In this document: positions 17,873 through 26,350 of the stretch, one piece after another
Layout: each line of letters opens with the position of its first letter
Position numbering within the stretch: position 1 is the first letter of the stretch
NCBI GenBank assembly: GCA_036509295.1
Contig: DATCFW010000033.1
Span: 1 to 33,888, forward strand
Length of the DNA: 33,888 nucleotides
DNA from: Solirubrobacteraceae bacterium
GTDB taxonomy: Bacteria; Actinomycetota; Thermoleophilia; Solirubrobacterales; Solirubrobacteraceae
Direction: 5' to 3'
Notes under the pieces: generated by a model
What the model saw: the letters and a program-made list of their open reading frames with translations, nothing else
Told to the model about the DNA's origin: nothing
Database searches by the model: none
Made by a program: the position numbers and the translations under genes

Positions 17873-17902
17873 TTGACTTGAGGCGACGGCGTCGCGTATA
17901 AG
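17873..17902 (+). promoter_or_regulatory. Candidate sigma70-type promoter TTGACT-N18-TATAAG for the kinase/carboxylase operon
   Basis: AT-rich hexamers in a very GC-rich intergenic region, 56 bp upstream of the ATG at 17959 (AGGAGAGG RBS). Confidence 0.4.
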
Positions 17903-17958
17903 CCAGGCTGGCGCCGAGGCGTGAGGAGACCAGCCGGCCGAGGAGAGGGATTTCAGGC

Positions 17959-19791
17959 ATGACGACCACAGCGGCCGAGACAGGCTCGTTCCCCAGTCCG
18001 TATTCGATGCAGACCCCGCCAGGGTGCGAGGGCTGGGAGGAGATGTACCCGTACTACGCGGTGTTCGATGAGCACCGGCGCGCCGCCGACGAGAACCGCT
18101 TCTGGTTCTGGAACTCGATGCACTTCCCGGTTCCGCATCCGGCGTTCGACGTCATCTGCATCGACTCGCCCTACCAGGCCGTCGGGTCCTGGCAGAACCG
18201 CGTGTTCGCCGTGCCGCCGGCGATGGGCATCGACTACCGGGTCGTCAACGGCTACGTCTACATCTCCGGCAACCCGGTCACCGATCCGGAGAAGATCGCC
18301 GAGCGCGCCGGCTTCTTCCAGCAGCGGGCCGGCCACTACTACGCCAACTGGCCCGAGCTCTACGGCAAGTGGAAGGCCAAGATGCAGGCGCTGATCGCTG
18401 ATCTGGATGCGCTCCAGGTACCCGAGCTTCCGGAGTACGAGCGCGACGAGGTCGCCTTCGAGGAGGGCCACAACACCGCCTTCTACGAGGTCCTGGACGC
18501 CTACGGCCGGTGCCTGCGAATGGGCGACCTCATGTGGCAGCACCACTTCGAGTTCCTGCTGCTCGGCTACGGGGCGTACGCCACGTTCGCCGATCTGTGC
18601 AAGGCCCACCTGCCCGACATCCCCGACCAGCACATCGCGCAGATGGTCGCCGGGATCGACGTGCTGCTGTTCCGGCCCGACGCCGAGCTGCGCCGGCTGG
18701 CGGCGCTGGCGCTCCAGACCGGCGTCGACGGGGCGTTTCGGGAGGGCCGCACCCCGGCGGAGATCGACGCCGAGTGCAGCCAGACCGAGGCCGGCCGGGC
18801 GTGGCTGGCCGAGCTCGAGGCGGTCAAGGACCCGTGGTTCAACATGGCCACCGGCGACGGCCTCACCCACCACTACCGCAGCTGGCTCGACGATCCGAGC
18901 ATCCCCTACGCGTCGCTGATCGGACACGTCAACGCGCTGCGGGCCGGCGAGCTGGCAGAGCGGCCGACCGAGGAGATCAGCCGTGAGCGAGAGCGCCTCG
19001 CGCAGGAGTACGGCGCGCTGCTGCCCGCGGAGATCCAGGGCCCGTGGCGCGACCTGCTGGCGCTGTCACGGACCGTGTTCCCCTACGTCGAGGAGCACAA
19101 GTTCTTCTGCGACTACTGGTTCCTGACCCGCTGGTGGAACAAGATCCGGGAGTTCGGGGCGCTGCTGGCCGGCGCCGGCTTCCTGTCCGACGGCGAGGAC
19201 GTGTTCCATCTCTCCCGGCACGAGGTGGCGTCAGCGCTCGACGAGCTCGTCCTCACCTGGGCCACCGGCGGTGCGCCCCTGGGTCCGCACCACTGGCCGC
19301 CGATCGTCGCTCGCCGCCAGGAGCTGCTCGAGCGGCTCGCGCACTGGACCCCGCCGCCCGCGCTCGGGGTCGCCCCGGCCGAGGTCACCGACCCGATGAC
19401 GATCATGCTGTGGGGCGTGACCACCGAGCGCGTCCGGGAATGGTCGCGGCACCAGGACGGCGGCGCCGAGCTCCGCGGCGCGGCCGCGTCGCCAGGGACG
19501 GTGCAGGGCCCCGCCCGGGTCGTGCGGTCCGTCTCGGAGATCGCCGACGTGCGCAAGGGGGAGATCCTCGTCTGCGGCAGCACCTCGCCGGCCTGGGCCC
19601 CGATCTTCTCCAAGATCCGCGCCACGGTCACCGACGTCGGCGGCGTCATGTCCCATGCGGCGATCGTCTGCCGCGAGTACGGGCTGCCCGCCGTGGTCGG
19701 CACCGGTCGCGCCTCGTCGCAGATCCGCACCGGGCAGATGATCCGGGTCGACGGCACGGCCGGGGTGGTCACCGTGATCGATGCGGAGTGA
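17959..19791 (+). CDS. Phenylphosphate synthase alpha-type subunit (phenol kinase substrate-binding/phospho-His subunit; PpsA/CreH/HpeH/AcvA-like)
   Basis: 610 aa. The N-terminal region (EGWEEMYPY, FWFWNSMHFP, VPPAMGIDYRVVNGYVYIS, WQHHFEFLLLGY, RTVFPYVEEH) matches my recollection of Thauera phenylphosphate synthase subunit A. C-terminal swivel domain TDVGGVMSHAAIVCREYGLPAVVG carries the phospho-His. Confidence 0.9.
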   Translation: MTTTAAETGSFPSPYSMQTPPGCEGWEEMYPYYAVFDEHRRAADENRFWFWNSMHFPVPHPAFDVICIDSPYQAVGSWQNRVFAVPPAMGIDYRVVNGYVYISGNPVTDPEKIAERAGFFQQRAGHYYANWPELYGKWKAKMQALIADLDALQVPELPEYERDEVAFEEGHNTAFYEVLDAYGRCLRMGDLMWQHHFEFLLLGYGAYATFADLCKAHLPDIPDQHIAQMVAGIDVLLFRPDAELRRLAALALQTGVDGAFREGRTPAEIDAECSQTEAGRAWLAELEAVKDPWFNMATGDGLTHHYRSWLDDPSIPYASLIGHVNALRAGELAERPTEEISRERERLAQEYGALLPAEIQGPWRDLLALSRTVFPYVEEHKFFCDYWFLTRWWNKIREFGALLAGAGFLSDGEDVFHLSRHEVASALDELVLTWATGGAPLGPHHWPPIVARRQELLERLAHWTPPPALGVAPAEVTDPMTIMLWGVTTERVREWSRHQDGGAELRGAAASPGTVQGPARVVRSVSEIADVRKGEILVCGSTSPAWAPIFSKIRATVTDVGGVMSHAAIVCREYGLPAVVGTGRASSQIRTGQMIRVDGTAGVVTVIDAE

Positions 19792-19797
19792 GCTGAC

Positions 19798-20712
19798 GTG
19801 ACCGGCGCGCCGTCGCGACACACCCGCGAGCTGCACGAGCTCGTCGCTGCCGACACCGTCGAGTTCGGCGGCAAGAGCGCCGGCCTCGGGGAGCTCCTGC
19901 GCGCCGGGATTCCGGTCCCGCCGGGCTTCGCGATCAGCACCGGCGCGTCCGGCGCGATGAGCGGTGCGCTGCGGGAGGAGATCGCCGCGCGCCACGCCCA
20001 GCTCGGCGACGACGTTCCGGTCGCCGTGCGCTCCAGCGCGGTGGGTGAGGACAGCGCGGAGGCGACGTTCGCCGGCCAGCAGGACACGTATCTCTGGGTC
20101 CGCGGCGTCGACGCGATCTGCGAGGCGGTGACGCGCTGCTGGGCGAGCCTGTACAGCGCGGAGGCGGTGGCCTATCGCGAGCGTCTGGGCGGCGCGGCGG
20201 CCGTGCATCCGGCAATGGGGGTCACCGTGCAGCTGATGGTCGACGCCGCCGTCTCCGGGGTGATGTTCACCTGCAATCCGGTGAGCGGGGACCCGAGCAT
20301 GGTCGCGGTCAACGCGAGCTGGGGGCTGGGGGTGGCCGTGGTCGGCGGCGAGGTGACGCCTGACGACCATCTCATCAGCAAGGTCACCGGCGAGGTCGTG
20401 CGCCGGACGATCAACGACAAGTCGGTCGAGTACGTTCCCGCCGCGCACGGGACCCAGCGGATCGAGGTCACCGGCGAGCGCCGCCGCCAGGCGTGCCTGG
20501 ACGACGGGGCCATCGCCGCGCTCGTCGAGCTCGGACGCCGCATCGAGGCGCACTTCGGCGGTCCCCAGGACATCGAGTGGGCGATCGACCGCGACGGTGA
20601 GCTGCGCGTCCTGCAGTCGCGCCCGGTGACCGGGCTGCCCCCGCGCCCGCCCGGACCGGCCCCGGCATCCGCCCTGGCACTGCTCATGAGCCAGTTCGGC
20701 GCCGGCGGCTGA
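19798..20712 (+). CDS. Phenylphosphate synthase beta-type subunit (PEP-synthase ATP-grasp domain; PpsB/CreI/HpeI/AcvB-like)
   Basis: GGKSAGLGEL, VPPGF, VAVRSSAVGED...FAGQQDTYL, SGVMFT.NP, WGLG..VVGGEVTPD, PQDIEWA, LQSRPVT. Confidence 0.9.
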   Translation: MTGAPSRHTRELHELVAADTVEFGGKSAGLGELLRAGIPVPPGFAISTGASGAMSGALREEIAARHAQLGDDVPVAVRSSAVGEDSAEATFAGQQDTYLWVRGVDAICEAVTRCWASLYSAEAVAYRERLGGAAAVHPAMGVTVQLMVDAAVSGVMFTCNPVSGDPSMVAVNASWGLGVAVVGGEVTPDDHLISKVTGEVVRRTINDKSVEYVPAAHGTQRIEVTGERRRQACLDDGAIAALVELGRRIEAHFGGPQDIEWAIDRDGELRVLQSRPVTGLPPRPPGPAPASALALLMSQFGAGG

Positions 20713-20717
20713 CCGCG

Positions 20718-21179
20718 ATGCCCCTTTCCGACGACGACGTCCGCGAGATCCTGCGGATCATCGACGAGTCCGACGTCGACGAGCTCCAAATCGAGACCCC
20801 CGCCTTCGCGCTGCACATCAACCGGTCGGCGGCGGGCGTGGATGCTCGTTCGCCGGCTCCGCGCGGTGTTCAGGGAGCCGGCGAGCGAGCGCCCGCGCCC
20901 GCCGCACCAGCGCCTCGGGGCGAGCCCGCTGACGGGTCGGTCACGATCCCGTCCCCGATGCTCGGGACCTTCTACCGCGCCGAGTCACCCGGAGCGGCCC
21001 CGTTCGTCGAGGTCGGAGTGACCGTCACCCCCGACACGACGGTCGGCATCATCGAGGTCATGAAGATGATGAACTCGGTCCCCGCCGGGGTGGCCGGCGT
21101 CGTGGCCGAGATCCTCGCCGAGAACGCCGCGCTGGTCGAGTACGGCCAGCCGCTGCTGCGGGTCACGCCCGGCGAATGA
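20718..21179 (+). CDS. accB: Biotin carboxyl carrier protein
   Basis: AccB-type N-terminus, Pro/Ala linker, SPMLGTFYR, EVMKMMN biotinylation site, VEYGQPL. Confidence 0.93.
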   Translation: MPLSDDDVREILRIIDESDVDELQIETPAFALHINRSAAGVDARSPAPRGVQGAGERAPAPAAPAPRGEPADGSVTIPSPMLGTFYRAESPGAAPFVEVGVTVTPDTTVGIIEVMKMMNSVPAGVAGVVAEILAENAALVEYGQPLLRVTPGE

Positions 21180-22516
21180 AGCGGGTGTTCATCGCCAACC
21201 GCGGTGAGATCGCCGTGCGGATCGTGGGCGCCTGCCGCCGGCTCGGACTGGAATGCGTGGTCGGGGCATCGGCGGCGGACATGGACGGGATGGCGGCCCA
21301 GCTCGCCGACCGGGCGGTGTGCATCGGGCCCGGCCCCGCCGGTGACAGCTACCTGCGCGATGACCTCGTCGTCCAGGCGGCGCTCGGCACCGGCTGTGAC
21401 GCGATCCACCCCGGCTACGGCTTCCTGGCGGAGAGCCCGCGGCTCGCCACTCGGGCCCGCGATCACGGGCTGACATTCGTGGGGCCACCGACAGCGGCGA
21501 TCGCGCTCGCCGGTGACAAACTGGCGGCCCGGTCGCAGGCGCGGAGCGCCGGAGCGCCGGTGCTCCCCGGCGGCGAGGTCACCACCGCCGGCGAGGCGCG
21601 GGCGCTCGCCGCGGACATCGGGTATCCGCTGCTGGTCAAGGCCGCCGGCGGGGGAGGGGGCCGAGGGATCAAGCGCATCGACGACGACGACGAACTCGAT
21701 GCGCTGGTTGGCCTCGCGCGACGCGAGGCGGGCGCCGCCTTCGGCGATGACCGCGTGTACCTGGAGAAGCTGATCGAGTCCGCGCGCCACGTCGAGGTCC
21801 AACTCGCCGCCGACGAGCACGGGACGACGCTCGCGCTCGGCGAGCGCGACTGCTCGGTGCAGCGCCGCTTTCAGAAGGTGATCGAGGAGGCGCCTGCGCC
21901 CGGGCTGTCCGAGACGACTCGGGCCAGGCTCCAGCAGGCGGCGGTGGCGTTCGCGGAGCGGATCGGCTACCGCAACCTCGGCACCGCCGAGTTCGTCATC
22001 GATGCCGTCAGCGGTGACGCGTACTTCCTGGAGGTCAACTGCCGTATCCAGGTCGAGCACCCGGTCACGGAGGCCGTCACCGGCCTGGACCTGGTGGCGA
22101 TGCAGCTGCAGATCGCCGCCGGGGAGCCGATCGGCATCAGCCCGGACGGCCCCGGCGTCACCGGCGTCACCGGCCATGCCATCGAATGCCGGCTCAACGC
22201 GGAGGACCCGACCCGCGGGTACATGCCGAGTCCCGGCACGTTGCGCCTGTTCTCGGTGCCCGAACGCCGCGGCCTGCGGGTCGACACCCACTGCCGCCCC
22301 GGGGCGACCGTGCCCCCGTACTACGACTCGCTGCTGGCCAAGTTGATCGCCCACGCCGATGACCGCGACGGCGCGATCGAGATCCTCCGCGACGCGCTCG
22401 GGGACGTGGACGTCGAGGGCGTCGAGACCAACCGGACGCTGCTGATCAGCGTGCTCGCCCATCCCGACTTCGCCGCCGGCGCGGTCACCACCGACTGGCT
22501 GGAGCGCGCGCTCTAG
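21176..22516 (+). CDS. accC: Biotin carboxylase subunit
   Basis: IANRGEIA, HPGYGFLAE, KAAGGGGGRG, ERDCSVQRRFQK, EVNCRIQVEHPVTE, YYDSLLAK. Confidence 0.95.
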   Translation: MKRVFIANRGEIAVRIVGACRRLGLECVVGASAADMDGMAAQLADRAVCIGPGPAGDSYLRDDLVVQAALGTGCDAIHPGYGFLAESPRLATRARDHGLTFVGPPTAAIALAGDKLAARSQARSAGAPVLPGGEVTTAGEARALAADIGYPLLVKAAGGGGGRGIKRIDDDDELDALVGLARREAGAAFGDDRVYLEKLIESARHVEVQLAADEHGTTLALGERDCSVQRRFQKVIEEAPAPGLSETTRARLQQAAVAFAERIGYRNLGTAEFVIDAVSGDAYFLEVNCRIQVEHPVTEAVTGLDLVAMQLQIAAGEPIGISPDGPGVTGVTGHAIECRLNAEDPTRGYMPSPGTLRLFSVPERRGLRVDTHCRPGATVPPYYDSLLAKLIAHADDRDGAIEILRDALGDVDVEGVETNRTLLISVLAHPDFAAGAVTTDWLERAL

Positions 22517-22529
22517 TGTCCCGATCCTG

Positions 22530-24017
22530 ATGACCGCGCCGATCGAGTTCATCGACACCTCCACCCGGGACGGCAACCAGAGTCTGTGGAGCGCGACCGG
22601 CCTCACCACGCCCGACGTGCTGGCGATCGCGCCCGTGCTGGACCGCGTCGGATACCACGCGCTCGACTTCACCTCGAGCACGCACATGGCGGTCTCGGTG
22701 CGCTTTCACCACGAGGACCCGTGGGAGCGGCTCCGGCTCGTCTCGGCGGCGATGCCCGACACGCCGCTGGGGATGATCACCACCGGGATGCGCTTCATCA
22801 GCTGGGTGCCGGCCGACGAGGAGGTGATGGCGCTCTCCTACCGCCTGGCGGTCCGCAACGGGCTGCGCCGGGTGCAGATCGCCGACCCGTCCAACGATCC
22901 GGCACGGATCAAGCGGATCGCGGCGATGGCCAAGGCGGAGGGGGTCGAGGAGGTGGTGATCGGCCTCACCTATTCGATCAGCCAGGTCCACACCCACCCC
23001 TACTACGCGCGGATCGCCGCCGCGCTCGCCGATTGCCCGCACATGGACCGGCTCTATCTCAAGGATCCCGGCGGTCTGCTCACCGTCGACGCGGTGCGGG
23101 AGCTGGCCCCGCCGCTGCTGACCGCGGCGCGCGGGAAGCCGCTCGAGCTCCACAGCCACTGCACGATCGGGCTCGCGCCGCAGGTGTACCTCGAGGGGGT
23201 TCGGGCCGGTTTTGACACCGTCCACACCGCCGCGGGGCCGCTGGCCCGCGGCACGTCTCAGCCCGAGGCGCTGGCCACCGCGCGCAACCTGGAGGCATCC
23301 GGCTACACCCACCGGCTCGACCTCGAGCAGCAGGCGATCGTGGCCGCGCACTTTGATGGGGTGGCGCGGGCCAAGGGCCTGCCGGCCGGCGCCCCCCGCG
23401 AGTTCGACGCCGCCTACTACCGCCACCAGCTCCCCGGCGGCATGGTCACCACCACCCGGCGGATGCTCGCCGAGCTGCGCCGCCCGGAGCTGTTCGACGA
23501 GGTGCTGGAGGAGGTGACCCGCGTACGGGCGGAGATGGGGTCCCCGATCATCGTCACGCCGGTGTCGCAGTTCATCGCCAGCCAGGCGGCCCGCAATGTG
23601 ATCGACGGGGAGCGGTGGGCCAACGTGTCCGACGAGACCGTTCGCTTCTTCCTGGGGCATTACGGCGCGCCGCCCGCTCCCGTGGACCAGGGGATCGCCG
23701 ACCGGGTCCTCGCCCGGCCGCAGGCGCGGGCGCTGGCCGCGCTGGCGCCGATCACCCTGGAGGGCGCGCGCGGGCGCTTCGGCCGCGGGATCTCCGAGGA
23801 GGAGCTGCTGCTGCGGCTGACGATGGCGGCCGATCAGGTCGACGCGATGGTCGCGGCGCGCGACCGCCACGCTGCCAACGGCGGCCGGCCGCTGGCGGCG
23901 GCCCGGCCGGGGCGCGCCGCGCTGGTGACGTTGCTCGCCGAGCTCGGACGCCGGCCGTCGCTGCGCCGCGTCGAGGTCGTCACCGACGCCGAGCGGGTGG
24001 TGTGGCGTCGTGGCTGA
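22530..24017 (+). CDS. Stand-alone carboxyltransferase of the pyruvate carboxylase / OadA TIM-barrel family (probable aryl methyl ketone carboxylase CT subunit)
   Basis: DTSTRDGNQSL, EDPWERLR, LKDPGG, HSH metal ligands, HQLPGGM, VTPVSQ; no fused biotinyl domain. Confidence 0.88.
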   Translation: MTAPIEFIDTSTRDGNQSLWSATGLTTPDVLAIAPVLDRVGYHALDFTSSTHMAVSVRFHHEDPWERLRLVSAAMPDTPLGMITTGMRFISWVPADEEVMALSYRLAVRNGLRRVQIADPSNDPARIKRIAAMAKAEGVEEVVIGLTYSISQVHTHPYYARIAAALADCPHMDRLYLKDPGGLLTVDAVRELAPPLLTAARGKPLELHSHCTIGLAPQVYLEGVRAGFDTVHTAAGPLARGTSQPEALATARNLEASGYTHRLDLEQQAIVAAHFDGVARAKGLPAGAPREFDAAYYRHQLPGGMVTTTRRMLAELRRPELFDEVLEEVTRVRAEMGSPIIVTPVSQFIASQAARNVIDGERWANVSDETVRFFLGHYGAPPAPVDQGIADRVLARPQARALAALAPITLEGARGRFGRGISEEELLLRLTMAADQVDAMVAARDRHAANGGRPLAAARPGRAALVTLLAELGRRPSLRRVEVVTDAERVVWRRG

Positions 24018-24846
24018 CCGGCGGCCTGAGCTCGACCAGCTGCGCCTCGATGAGGTCCGGGCGTTCATGTTCGACATCGACGGCACCCTGCTGCACCGCG
24101 GACCCGACGGGCGGGGGCGGCCCCAGCCGGGCGCGCTCGAGGTGCTGGCACGGATCCGGGCCTCGGGGCGCCGGCTCGTCCTGTTCACCAACGGCAGCCA
24201 CGTCCCGTCGGCGCGGATCGCCCACGGCCTGCGCGAGGACGGTCTGCAGGTGACCGACGACGAGCTGCTCACCCCGGTGGACAGCGCCACGGCATGGCTG
24301 GGCGCCCATCCCGAGCAGCATCCCGTCCACGTCTTCGCCTCCTACGCGGTCCGGGGTCACATGACCGCGGCGGGCATCCCGCTCACCGACGGCGAGGACG
24401 CGCGCGCGGTGTTCGTGGCGCATCTCCAGGACGTCGCGCTGGCGGAGGTGGAACGGGCCGCCCGCGCCGTCACCAACAACGGCGCGCCGTTGTTCACCGG
24501 CAGCTACGTGGCGGGCTACGCCGGCGCCGAGGGGATCATCTTCAGTCGCGGGGCGATGATCACGGCGGCGATCGCCAAGGTCTCGGGCGCCCGGCCACGG
24601 GTCCTGGGCAAGCCGTCGCGGGCCGCGGTGACGGCGCTGCGCGAACGGCTGGAGGTCCCGACTCGCGAGATCGCCGTGATCGGCGACGATCTCGGCATGG
24701 ACGTGGCTCTGGGGAAGCTCGGCGGCTCGCGCACCGTGCTCGTGCGCAGCGGGATCAGCGGCGCGATCGACCTCGACAGCGTCCCGCTCAAGCGCCGCCC
24801 CGACGCCGCCATCGACGGCGTCGCGGACCTGCTCGACCTCCTGTAA
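24010..24846 (+). CDS. HAD-IIA (NagD-like) phosphatase; probable aryl-phosphate phosphatase (CreD/HpeD/AcvF-like)
   Basis: FDIDGTL (motif I), FTNGS (II), GKPS (III), IGDDLGMD (IV); overlaps the CT gene. Confidence 0.9.
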   Translation: MADRRPELDQLRLDEVRAFMFDIDGTLLHRGPDGRGRPQPGALEVLARIRASGRRLVLFTNGSHVPSARIAHGLREDGLQVTDDELLTPVDSATAWLGAHPEQHPVHVFASYAVRGHMTAAGIPLTDGEDARAVFVAHLQDVALAEVERAARAVTNNGAPLFTGSYVAGYAGAEGIIFSRGAMITAAIAKVSGARPRVLGKPSRAAVTALRERLEVPTREIAVIGDDLGMDVALGKLGGSRTVLVRSGISGAIDLDSVPLKRRPDAAIDGVADLLDLL

Positions 24847-24959
24847 CCGCCGCCGTAACGTGCCTTCCCGGTAGGCGGTCCGTCGTTTCGGGGGGCAGTT
24901 GGGCCAGCTCTGTCGAGACCGCCGGTTGCCTCGCGGCGATCCGGGTAGGTAGGCGAAGG

Positions 24960-26318
24960 ATGACCGCAGCTCAAGGCGCGAGCCGGCAGCAGGTGGCGCG
25001 GATCCTCGCCCGGCAGGACCGGATCGAGGTCTGGGCGCTGCCGTGGCGCTACCTGGCGATCATCGGCACCGGCTATTTCTTCACGTTCTACGACATCACC
25101 GACATCGGCTTTGCGATCCCGCAGATCCAGCCGCAATTTCACCTGAGCGGCAACGAGAGCACGTTTCTGGCGCTGGCGATTGGCCTGATCGGATATGCCC
25201 TCGGCTCGCTGGTCATCGGCACGCTGGCCGACCGAGTCGGCCGCTTCCGCATGCTCATTGTGACGATCGTCCTGACGGCGATCGGCTCGTTCGGCGATGC
25301 CGCGTCGGGCAGCGTCGCCGCGCTGGTCATCTTCCGCTTTATCACCGGGATGGGCGTCGGCGCTGACCTCAACCTCGTGTCCACCTACATCGCAGAGCTG
25401 GCCCCGGCCCGGCTGCGCGGCCGGATCTCGGTGGGCACGTTCCTGGTGGGGATCATCGGCCAGGCGGTGACCCCGCTGATCGCACTGGCGCTGATCCCCA
25501 GCCTGCACGACGGCTGGCGCTGGCTGTTCATCATCGGAGGCATCATCGCCGTGATCGCGCTCGTGGCGCGGTTCGAGCTGCCGGAGTCGCCGCGCTGGCT
25601 CGCCCTTCACGGTCGGCTCGACGAAGCCGACGCGCTCGTATCCGAGATGGAGCGCCGGGCCGGCGAACGCGGCGACCCGCTCGCCGAGCCGGATGCCTCC
25701 GAGGTCGATACCCGCAGCGGCTTCCCCTATGCCGACCTGCTGCGGACGCCGTACCTGCGCCGCGTCGTGGTATTCCTGGCTCTGTGGTTCTTCTGGTACA
25801 TCGGCAACTACGGCTTCCTGGGCGACGCCGCGGACCTGTTCAAGACCCAGGGCCTGAGTGCCGGCACGGCGTACCTGGCGATCGGCGCGATTGGGTATCC
25901 GGTGGGGGCGGTGATCATGCTGTTCGGGATCGACCGCTACCCGCGACGGTGGCTGCTGCTCGTCTCGAGCGCGGTCTGGCTGGTGGCCATGCTTCTGATC
26001 GGCTCGGCGGCGAGCGAGGCGATCGTGATTATCGGAGCGTTCCTGGCCTCGACCGCGCTGGGCATGTTCCTCCAGGCCGGCTATACGTACACCGCCGAAA
26101 GCTTCCCCACGCGGGCGCGGGCCAGCGGGTTCGCGCTCTGTGACGGCATCGGGCACGGCGGCGGCGCCATCGGCGCCCTATACCTGCCCAACGTCATCGC
26201 CAGTCTGTCGTTCTTCGCCGGCTTCGCGCTGATCGGCGTGACCGGACTGATCGCCGGACTGATCGCGCTCGCGGGACCCGTGGCCAGCGGGCTCTCCCTG
26301 GAGCGCGTGTCGGCCTAG
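24960..26318 (+). CDS. MFS transporter (aromatic acid / sugar porter-like)
   Basis: Probable start is the ATG at 24960 (track ORF begins 24294); GTLADRVGR motif A, RFITGMGVG, ELAPARLRG, PESPRWL, ESFPTRARASG. Confidence 0.92.
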   Translation: MTAAQGASRQQVARILARQDRIEVWALPWRYLAIIGTGYFFTFYDITDIGFAIPQIQPQFHLSGNESTFLALAIGLIGYALGSLVIGTLADRVGRFRMLIVTIVLTAIGSFGDAASGSVAALVIFRFITGMGVGADLNLVSTYIAELAPARLRGRISVGTFLVGIIGQAVTPLIALALIPSLHDGWRWLFIIGGIIAVIALVARFELPESPRWLALHGRLDEADALVSEMERRAGERGDPLAEPDASEVDTRSGFPYADLLRTPYLRRVVVFLALWFFWYIGNYGFLGDAADLFKTQGLSAGTAYLAIGAIGYPVGAVIMLFGIDRYPRRWLLLVSSAVWLVAMLLIGSAASEAIVIIGAFLASTALGMFLQAGYTYTAESFPTRARASGFALCDGIGHGGGAIGALYLPNVIASLSFFAGFALIGVTGLIAGLIALAGPVASGLSLERVSA

Positions 26319-26350
26319 TTCAGAGCCCAAGTCCAACCCCCGCCGGTCCG

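Noticed and set aside
17959-20712. PEP synthase / pyruvate phosphate dikinase, anaerobic phenol pathway, or 4-cresol (Cre) pathway
   Set aside because: There is no pyruvate-binding barrel. No UbiD-type phenylphosphate carboxylase, CBS subunit or P450/ferredoxin genes are in the window. The neighbours are a biotin carboxylase and a HAD phosphatase.
20718-24017. Housekeeping acetyl-CoA carboxylase or pyruvate carboxylase
   Set aside because: No AccA/AccD-type carboxyltransferase is present, and the CT lacks pyruvate-binding motifs. The accB/accC symbols indicate family only.
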